NCBI RefSeq assembly: GCF_009834535.1
Contig: NC_045697.1
Span: 113,958,001 to 114,022,000 of the forward strand
Direction: 5' to 3'
Source of the DNA: Camelus ferus
Lineage: Eukaryota
DNA: 64,000 bases
Under the pieces are notes generated by a model that ran no database searches, had not been told where the DNA came from, and was given only the letters and a program-made list of their open reading frames with translations. A program made the position numbers and the translations under genes. Positions 54,350-64,000 of the stretch are shown one piece after another. Positions within the stretch are counted from its first letter, which is position 1. Each line of letters opens with the position of its first letter.

Positions 54350-54740
54350 GGTGCTGGCGCTATAGCTGACCCTCATACCTGTGAATGTGATGGCCATGCC
54401 CTGGAGCATGGATCTGCCAGGCTCCATGCATCTGTCCCTTGCTCCTGCCTCAGATCCTCATGACAATGACAGCTAGATGGCGGAACACTAATTCCTGCCA
54501 TCTCAGCTGTGTCCAACACTCACTGTCATCACCACCTTGCTTTCTGTTAGCAACAGCATCAGGAAGATGGCCTCTGCCTCAACGATTGTGGTCCAGATCT
54601 GATGCAAGTGCATCTAACTGGGAACAGCCAACTTACATCCACACCCACGTGAAAAAGGAAGTGTGGGAAAGAGAAATTTTGCATCTTCTGTCTATCCAAC
54701 CAGCAGCACAGAGACAACACAGAAAGATCAGGAGGTTGAG
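54350..54740 (-). mobile_element. ERVL LTR relic (LTR33/LTR41-like)
   Basis: gtgaatgtgatggccatgccctggagcatggatctgccagg...gtgcatctaactgg...gtgtgggaaagaga. Confidence 0.45.
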
Positions 54741-55328
54741 AGATACCTGTAGGGTATTTCCTGGCTCGTGTCTCTCTGGAAAGCTTTTGCTTTTGATTTG
54801 ACTTAGTGATATAGGCAGCCAGGGCCCAAAGTTATGTTAATAACTTGCCTGAGGTTTTCCTATGGCACAAGCATTACATATATAAAACCTGCCCTGGTGG
54901 GCTCATGGTTATAATTTATATTTGCAGAGATTTCCCCAATTCCCCAGAAATAAATCAGAGATTGTTGCCTTGTTTTCTTCTTGCTCTAATGCTCTATATT
55001 TTTATTTTCTACCTAGTTCAGATTTTCATTAAGGGTAGAGCCCCACTGAAGGTGCAGATGTTTTTTGCAATCATTACAGATATAAGGCAGTTGTTGGAAG
55101 CTCAAGGCTTCATCTCCTGCTTCATGTGGACGACATCTTTCAAAACCCAGAATGGCTATATCAGTAGTTTATGGAATGTGCAGTATTCGTTTTGACTCTT
55201 GCAATTTGATTTTTCACTTTCCTATGCGTTTCTAGTACCTTTATTTCTCTCTTTCTTGAAAGCTCAGGTATGCATTTGAGTGAAAATTTGTTATATTTAT
55301 CCAGAATTTCTAGGCGTTCTTGGAAGGA

Positions 55329-55333
<5 letters not shown>

Positions 55334-55380
<47 letters not shown>
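55334..55380. repeat. (TG)23 microsatellite
   Basis: Read directly. Confidence 0.97.
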
Positions 55381-55382
<2 letters not shown>

Positions 55383-56171
55383 TTCTAACAGATTTCTGAA
55401 GCTAGGAACCAAATTATCCTTATTGTAATCATTTCACAGTACTTAGCATTGCCTGGCATATTTCCTTCCTCTTACTTATTTATAGACACTCAATTTTAGT
55501 CTGATGAGAAATTAGTAGTTTACCCCCTAGCTCTCTCCTTAAAGATGTTTTCTTCATTTTATTACTAGGTTATTTTATGTCAGTCTCCAGCAAATCTCTC
55601 TTACCAGCTTCGGACCATTTTCACAGAGACATGGGGCAAATTAAGGGAAGATGGTGACCAGGCTATACAAAACTGTTATTTGGAATATGAATTCCCTGTA
55701 AATGTCCTAATGAGATAAATTCCTATATATCTAAAGTTGAAAATAATGACTTCATTTTATTAAATTGCTATGTTTGTTTATCTCTGACGCTGGTGATTTT
55801 GCCATGAATAAAAAGATAAAAGAAAAAATATATGGGATTTGTTTATAGGAAGCTCATATAATGGTAAAATAGACAATGATTCCAACAAGTTATGCAAAGA
55901 GGGTGCCTAGTAGGAGAGCTACATCAGTCCGTTATGCTTTATGGATTTAGTATTTTAATAATTAAAATTATATGTATGATGTCAATTCAACATATATTCA
56001 TTAAGCCCCTAGAACATAGTGTCTTCAGTATTCTATATTGAAATTTGCAGTCTTACTGAAAAAAAACTGTTGGTTATAGTTGTAATATATATATGGAAAA
56101 ATACAGGAAATAACAAAAGACTCAAACTAAAAATAAAGAAAATTTAGCCAGCATTATTAAGAATACTATCA

Positions 56172-56574
56172 TGCTCCTGGAGAATGTCATTCTAAGTGAA
56201 GTAAGCCAGAAAGAGAAAGAAAAATACCATATGAGATCGCTCATATGTGGAATCTAAAAAAACAAAAACAAAAACAAACAAACAAACAAAAACAAAGCGT
56301 AAATAAAGGACAGAGATAGACTCACAGACAGAGAATACAGACTTGTGGTTACCAGGGGGGTGGAGGGTGGGAAGGGATAGACTGGGATTTCAAAACTGTA
56401 GAATAGACTACACTGTATAGCACAGAGAAATACACACAAAATGTTATGATAACTCACAGAGAAAAAAATGTGACAATGAGCGTGTATATGTCCATGAATA
56501 ACTGAAAAATTGTGCTGAACACTGGAATTTGACACAACATTGTAAAATGATTATAAATCATTAAAAAATGTTAA
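56172..56574 (+). mobile_element. Young lineage-specific L1, 5'-truncated (about 400 bp)
   Basis: tcattctaagtgaagtaagccagaaagagaaag...gtggaatctaaaa...ttgtaaaatgattataaatca plus A tail. TSD aatactatca at 56162-56171 and 56578-56587. Confidence 0.92.
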
Positions 56575-56591
56575 AAAAATACTATCACTAA

Positions 56592-56594
<3 letters not shown>

Positions 56595-56633
<39 letters not shown>

Positions 56634-56811
56634 CAACAAGTTTATACTGTATAGCACAGGGAACTATATTCAATATCTTGCAGTACCTTACAGTGAAAAA
56701 GAATATGAAAACAAGTATATGTATGTATGACTGAATCACTATGCTGTACACCAGAAACTGACACAACATTGCAAACTGACTGTATGTCAATGAATATACA
56801 TATACACAGAA
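56595..56811 (+). mobile_element. Second, older lineage-specific L1 3' fragment, starting with (AT)16
   Basis: tatactgtatagcacagggaactatattcaatatcttg...gctgtacaccagaaactgacacaacattg. Confidence 0.88.
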
Positions 56812-57941
56812 AAGCATACCATCACTTAAACAATAATAAATATTCAAAGGAAACTGTAACTACATGATTGTAAAAAACAATTAAGTGTAGCTGGCAGGAA
56901 AATAAGGTTTTTCAGTCTTCTTAGGTAAAAGAAAATAGTAAATCTGTAAATTACTAAGTGGTGAGCAGAATATTGTGCCTGGGGAATTACTGGAGTTCAC
57001 CAAAGGCAACAATTTAGAATCACCTAAAATTGTGAAGGCGCTGTGCGTAATTGACCTGACTTTTTGAAGGGCTAATGTGCTGCTAACCTAATTTCTTTTC
57101 TTTTTTTTTCTTTTTTTTTTTTTTTTTGGTAGAGTAAGAGTTTTCCTAAGCAGGGAACAACTGAGAGATGTAGAAATGCAAGTGAAAAAGGTAAATTTTA
57201 GAATATAAGACTTGTCGTTGAGCAGCTAAAAATATAAAATGCATTGTTCAATTTTACTTTTAAAGTTCATTAGCTCAGTAATCTCAAAATTCTCTAAAGA
57301 TAGTATCTGTTTTTCTTTGGCAAAACTTGTAAAAACTGAAAATATTGCCTGATCTTTCCCACCTTATTTCTGTGGAAAGGAGTAAAGTAAGAATTTTCAA
57401 TATTATAAACAGGGAAAGTGAAATAAGTATAGTATTTTTTTTTAATTTTACAACCATTAATTTCCCTGTAATTTTACCCACTATTATCCCAAACAAAATT
57501 AATTCACCAAAGTAAACTACAATACAAACAAATATCCATTATTTTACACTTGCGACTGTAGTCCAATATAGACCTCTTAATCCGAAGAAAATTTTCAAAG
57601 TACAACTGTTTAGGTCTTATGTTTTGCTGCTGCTTGAGATATTTCTTGATGTAGAGTTTTTCTCTTTTTGCAAAGATCAAAGACATAGCACAAATAAATA
57701 GCTCACAGTTTACCTTCATATAAAGACCTTTACTGTGATGTTTTCAGTGTAATCAATCAGATAATTTACTAAAAGAAACAAAGAAAAAAGAAAAAAATGA
57801 GTTTCCTAAAATGGTCAATGTAAAAGAAGTTATTTTTTAATTCAAAATAATACCATGATATTGCGTTTATATCATAAAACAGACACACAATGATATAGTG
57901 ATTAACAGCAGCAACTCATTAACAACTCATTTTTTACATTC

Positions 57942-58489
57942 TGTATTAGTCAGGTTTCTCCAGAGAAACAGAAGCAATAGGATGTACATGTATTTTTGAA
58001 AGAGATTTCTTACAAGGAATTGGCTTATACAGTTATGGAGGCTGGTAAGAACCAAGATCTGCAGGGTGAGTCCGCAAACTGGAGGCTCAGGAGAGCTGAT
58101 GGTGTTGTTCCGATCAGAGCCTGAAGGTCTGAGAACCAGGAGGTCTGGTGGTGTACTTTCAGCCTGGATGCTGGCAGGTTTGAGAACCAAGGAGAGTCAA
58201 GGTTGCAGTTCAAGTCCAAAGGCAATTAAAACAAAAAGTCCCAGATTTAAGAGACTCAAGCCAGAGAAATTCTCTCTTCCTGAAGACAGTCAACTTTTTT
58301 GTTCTAGTCAGCCCTTCAACTGATTGGATGAGGCCCACCCACACTAGAGAGCAGTCTGCTTTAGTGACTCTACCTATTTAAATGCTTTTCCCCCAAAAAC
58401 ACCCTTATGGAAACACCCAGAATAATGTCGGACTGAATATCTGAGCACCCCTTGGCCCAGCAAGTTGAAACATAAAACTAACCATCACA
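57942..58489 (-). mobile_element. MLT2B-like ERVL solo LTR, complete
   Basis: tgtattagtcagg...taaccatcaca termini and perfect 5-bp TSD cattc at 57937-57941 and 58490-58494. Confidence 0.92.
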
Positions 58490-60147
58490 CATTCTAAACT
58501 TAAACATGCCAACTATGTTGTAACTGGATCTTAGATTCCAACTGTATTACATTACCCATAGCAAGTGTTTGCTGTTGTGTCAAAATGCAATTGCACTGGT
58601 AAAATCATTTTCACTGAGGGGTACCTATATTATATAACTATAAAACAGCTCTGCTTATAGAACTAAATTAATATTTAGACACAAAATCATGTCATATATT
58701 TATTTATTGAATTAGTAGTAAAAAATGAATAATTACTTTTGAATTCATTTCTTAATTTAAGAGATTTTCCCTTATAGATTCTTAATAAATTTAAGAACAA
58801 AGTTATCTTCCATTATAAATAATTTATTATATATTTCATTTCAACATTTTAATTATATTGTATCTCTGCATTTTGGAAGAATAATTATAATTGGAATTCT
58901 CTTAGTAAGGTTTTATCCTTGTCCTCTGTATGTAGTGGTGGGAAAAAACTATTTACTTTAATAAATAAACACTTGCAGTTTGATTATTTAGAGGTGAAAG
59001 TAATATCGTGAGCTCTGATTAGATATTCCTTATTAACTGTGCATCATTTAGTCTGTTGAACTAATGTCAATTAAACTGACATTATTGAAAAAAAATTATA
59101 AAGACCAGCTATTTGACTTAAGACTCCTGCATATTTCCTCCATCTATTAAGATTCCTTTGCACCAAAGCTTCCTTGATCACTTGCTGTGGATATTGATAT
59201 TACAATATCCTCATGGCATATATAATATCTAGTAACCATGCCAGTTCATCAAAACTGATGCTAAGCCTCACCTAATTCTGGGGTTAAAAAATCTAACATC
59301 GAAAGATGCTAATTTAATTGTTTTGGTTCAGTTTAGATATGTTTTAAGCACAGTATAAATAAAAGAAGTAGTGAAACCGGGGGGTAGGGAAATTGAGTTT
59401 GAGCCCTGATATCCTTCTTAGCTACTGATTTCTTATAAACCAATGTTATATGTAAAAACTCATGTGTTGCTCAATTTTATTTTTATACTCAGAACGTACC
59501 TCTCCAACATCACCTTGCTTTTCATCAAGTCAAATTGAGACAGTTGGGCTTTCTCTCAGTGTCAATTCTTTTATTTACTGCCATTTCCTCTTTCTAAGGT
59601 TTACACTGAAGTACAATTGGTAGAATATTTAGAAATTATAGATGTTAGAAACCAAAAAAGTAAGAGGTTTTAGGAAATGAATAATTTTCATAAATGTTAG
59701 TGCACATTTCCTTGGAATGAATTATGATTGTGCTGAGAGGAATTGCTCAATCATGTCTTTCTAAAGTATGCCAAGGAAATCTTCTTTGATAAGCCAACCT
59801 CAGAAAAAAATGAGACCAAGAAAAGTCTTAAGGGATAATTTACAGGCAGATGTGGTTACATGGGAGGAATAGGAAACAGGTGAACCTTTCCACAAATTCC
59901 ACTCTTTTGTTTATTTTCCTTGTATTCCCATTATATGATACAACTCTGGGGAAAAAAAAGTTTATTTTTAAGAAATGAAAACACTATTATTTAAAACAGA
60001 TATACTATGCAAGATGACATAATTTGGCTTCAAAGTGGACACAGATATGTTAAATCTGTGTACTATAATCCTCAAAGGACCAATACAAATTTTAAAAAGT
60101 GGAAGAATTGTAGGTAATAAGGAAGAAGTTAATGCAAAATAGAATAT

Positions 60148-60520
60148 AGACTTAAATGAAAAATACTAAACTACAAAGCTCCTAGAAGTTAACAAAGGAG
60201 AAAACCTAGAATATATATATTCTGTATAGCAATGACTTTTTATTTACAACATCAAAGGCATGATCTATGAGAGAAATAATTGATAAGCTAGACTTCATTA
60301 AAATTAAAAATGTGTGCTCTTCAAAGGACACTGTCAGAGACTGGGAAGACAAGCCACAGACTGGGAGAGATATTTGCAAAGACATATCTGATAAAGGACT
60401 TGTAGCTAAATAGTTAAAGAATTCTTAAAATGCAACAATAAGAAACAAACAACCCAATTAAAATTGGGCAAAATATCTGAAAGAACACCTTACCAAAGAA
60501 GATAAACAGAGGGCAAATCA
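60148..60520 (+). mobile_element. L1MC-like ORF2 3' fragment
   Basis: ctcctagaag...ttgataagctagacttcattaaaattaaaaa...agccacagactgggagagatatttgcaaa. Confidence 0.8.
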
Positions 60521-60559
60521 ACACCTTACAAAGAAGATAAAAGGACAGCAAGGATGCTC

Positions 60560-61010
60560 AGTTAATCAAAAAGGAGGAAGAATAAAATGAAGGTAAACAA
60601 ACCACAGAAGATACAGATGTAAAAGATAGTGAGAAAACAGATTCCAATCTAAGTCCATTAATAATCACATTAAATGTAAATTGTCAAAATATCAAAATTC
60701 AAAGGCAGAGATTGTCAGATTGGATAAAAAGACCAGAGATAATTATATGCTGCCTATAAAATGCACTCTAAGTGTAAATATCCAAATAGATTAAAAGTTA
60801 AAGGATGGAAAAAGATATCACATGGTAACATGAATTAAAGAAAAAAGCTAGTCTAGCATTATCACTGTAAGACAAAGCTGATTTCAGGGTAAAGTATATT
60901 TTACTGGGGAAAAACAAAAGCATTTCATAATGATAAAGGAGTGGATTCTTCAAGAGGGCAGGATAATTTTACACAATAAGTATCTAAAATTGATGCTTTC
61001 AAATATGTGA
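60560..61010 (+). mobile_element. Old L1M ORF2 5' (endonuclease-region) fragment
   Basis: ataatcacattaaatgtaaat...aaaggcagagattgtcagattggataaaaa...aaaggatggaaaaagatat. Confidence 0.8.
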
Positions 61011-61014
61011 AGAA

Positions 61015-61449
61015 GAGAGAGAGATTGAGACTTACTATAAGGAATTGGCTCACACAGTTATAGGAGGCTGAGATGCCCCAAGATCTGCAGTTGGTAGCTG
61101 GAGACCCAGGAAAGCCAATGGGTGATTCCAGTCTGAGAGCTAACAGGCTTGAGACCCACGGAAAACCAATATTTCAATCAAGTCCAAAGGCAGGTAAAGA
61201 CCAATATCCCAGCTCATGTGGTCAAGCAGGAGGACTTCCCTCTTAGTCTTTTCAGTCTATTCATGTCTTCAACTGATTGGGCAAGGCCCACCCACATTAG
61301 GGAGAGCAATCTGCTTTCCTCAGTTTACTGATTCTAATGTTACTCTCATCCAGAAACACCCTCACAGACAAACCCAGAAAAATGTTTGATCAAATGTGTG
61401 GGCACCCTGTATGGCCCAGTCAAGTTGACATAGAACATTAACCATCACA
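61015..61449 (-). mobile_element. MLT2-like ERVL LTR, one end missing
   Basis: aaggaattggctcacacagtta...aagttgacatagaacattaaccatcaca; homologous to 57942-58489. Confidence 0.85.
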
Positions 61450-64000
61450 TATACCATCTATTGATAAAAGTTCACCCCTCCAGCAACAAGACCCAGAGGC
61501 AATCAGGAAAATATCATGCAAGTACCCCATAGGTTACTTTTAATTAAGAATTCTTCATCAGTAGGTTACATGCCTATTTTAAGAGGAAAACAATAGATCT
61601 GAGGGTTGCAGAAAGGCCTGTTGTCATATTAAAAGCTGTTAAAGAAATTTAAACAAGGAAACCAAGAGAAAAATGAATATGCCAATAGAGATATAGTTGA
61701 ATAATTAAGAAAGAAAAAAATCTAGAAAAAGTAATTAAGGTAAATATTGAGCAAGGGAAAGGGAAGAAAATGTGTTTCTTAATTTTTTAGTCTATTTTTC
61801 ACTGGATCTACAGGATGAAAGGTGAATTTAGAAAGTGTACACAAGTCTCCAGGAAGAACAGAAGAGAAAAACTGGAGACAGGACAGAAAAAAACACTTTC
61901 AAGGAGAGTTTCACTTTCAGACTTCACTTCATAAGTAATAAGAGTAATTTCCCAGAAAAGTTTTGTGAAATTGGAACCTTGATTAATTCCAGAGAGATGA
62001 ATTAAGAAAGCATAATTGTCCAAATTCAAATCTTTCAAAGGCATGTATTGTTTTAGAGGATAAAGAAATAGAATTATTTTAAGAGATGGCAGTTAGTTTA
62101 ATCAAACAATAGCAAATCAATGAGATTTCAGGAAAAAGAAAATTAAATGACTTAACTGTCCAGGCCAAATTTAAGATAGCTAATTCTCAAATATAATGTT
62201 ACATATTGTTTTTCTTTTAAAAGTTAGCATCTAAATTTAGCATTTTTATTACACAATATAAGATTTGGAAGGATGAGTTTACTGTGTCCTTTCATTCAAT
62301 ACGAAGAGTTTTAGTTGATACAGCACATTGATCAATACAGACTATCAATAAAACTCAGGAAGCCATTAAAACAGGCTTTTTGAAATTTAAATGCAATCAT
62401 GGTTTTATATTTAGAAAATAAGGAATGTGAAAGTTTCCTTATGTAAAAGAAGTTTATAACAACTGCATTGGAAAGAGTCTTTGTTATTCAAAGATTAAAA
62501 ACAGATGGGAAACCAGTACGTCAAAAAATAGTTCATAATTTTATGGATGATAGACAGGAGAAGAAAAGAATGAAGTGAAAATAATGGAGTGAGATAACAA
62601 AAGCAAACAATGATAACCACATCATAGTTAAAGGACTAATCTCAGAAGAGTTAAGGACATGTGGGCGATTAAATGATGTTAAGATGTAACAAAGGAACTG
62701 GAAGAGTCAGTAGGATCACAAGGGAGGGCATTTAGAATACTATTTGAAAAGAAAAGGGAAAAAGCACAATTTAAAATAGTAGCATATAACACAAATAATA
62801 AATAGATGAATTATGCAAACTTAAGACAACAGACTATCAGTATCTTTTATAAGAAACTGGAGAGAATCCGACTAGACAACATTTTGTTTATGGAGAAACT
62901 TGATTTGAGGACCATTTGCAAAATTTATTAGAAGAGAAGTGTATGGCTTTTATTATTATTATCATCATTCTTTTTTAGAAAACATGAACGCTTTGAAAAT
63001 ATTGCTTAGTGTGCACAAAAAAAGGCTCAATTATGCAACTAAGTTGTATGAGTAAAAATACATACTGTTAAGCATTCTTTAAGTAAACTTTATTGTAACA
63101 TACCTTTTAATTATAAAAGAGTATATGAGGAAGATCAAAATATTATTAGATATTTAATTATACTGATTAATAATCAATCCCACATTGATTTCTTACTTCA
63201 ACAGTATATGGAGATTGATATGAAATGAGGATGGGAAATGTCAAGTGTGTGAATGTAAATTGTTCCCAGAAGAAACTTAAAAGAGGGAAAATATAGTGTG
63301 TGTATTATCTGCATTTACTAAGGCAGGTAAAGCAGGTACTAAGAAAAGAAGGTTTCAACTTACTTTAGGAAATTCTAATAGGAATTGAACTAAGCCAAAA
63401 GCAACATAATGATCCTGAATCTCTGAACAAGCACTTTACCTTTCATGATGTTAATTGTGGTCAGGTATGTTGAAAAATGTCCTTAAATATTTTCAAAAAT
63501 GTGTCACAGGATGTAAATAAGATACATAATATACCTCTTGATAAAGCATCTCATGAAAGGCAATAATATTTTTAAAAAGCAAAAACTTATAAAAATCAAA
63601 GACCAAATGAGAGGAGTTGAAAAAAATGAAACAGGAGGGAGGCCTATGACCAAACAAGAACAAAAACAGCGCCTAGAGTTCTCATGTCCTGAGAGGAAAA
63701 CCTAGGGCAGAAGCTGGTTTAAGAAATAAAATAAGAGCATTATGGTGCCAATTGAGAAACTCCAGGATTACAAAGTTCTTTTCTAAAGCGAAGTTAGTCA
63801 AGATGGGATTTGGATAGACTGGAAAACTTGTCTAGGGTATGGCCACAGATTTTTTTTTTGTTTTGTTTGGGACATTGAAAACCAACACCTTAAAACAATT
63901 ACTTTATAGCTATCAGTTAAAAATAAAGTCATTCCACATCAAGCAGGAAAAATAACTATAACTATCACCTTTTTTCCACACTGATACGGTAAAAGGAGAA

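Noticed and set aside
63940..63975. aagCAGGAAAAA as a possible next FSTL5 exon (QEK...)
   Set aside because: No polypyrimidine tract, and the following sequence does not encode the expected NQESSR-like residues.

Overview
AT-rich mammalian (eutherian) genomic DNA. It is almost certainly from a camelid, judged by four tRNA-Ala-derived Vic-1-type SINEs and lineage-type L1 3' ends. The only protein-coding sequence I can support is one + strand exon at 29665-29806, the first coding exon of FSTL5 (follistatin-like 5): 16 nt of 5'UTR, then 42 codons including the signal peptide. I could not locate the non-coding first exon or the next coding exon, so the window is read as intron, exon, intron of a very large neuronal gene. 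The rest is transposon relics (L1, L2, MIR, MaLR/ERVL/ERV1 solo LTRs, MER5-type DNA transposons), microsatellites and a few CpG- or motif-rich patches that may be regulatory. I recognised no other ORF in the track as a protein; most sit in repeats. I found no convincing novel biological system. The best second-look items are a twice-hit L1 target site, an old inverted L1 5' junction, candidate CTCF/POU elements and a possible RTE-type relic. Repeat family names come from remembered consensus sequences and need RepeatMasker/Dfam confirmation.
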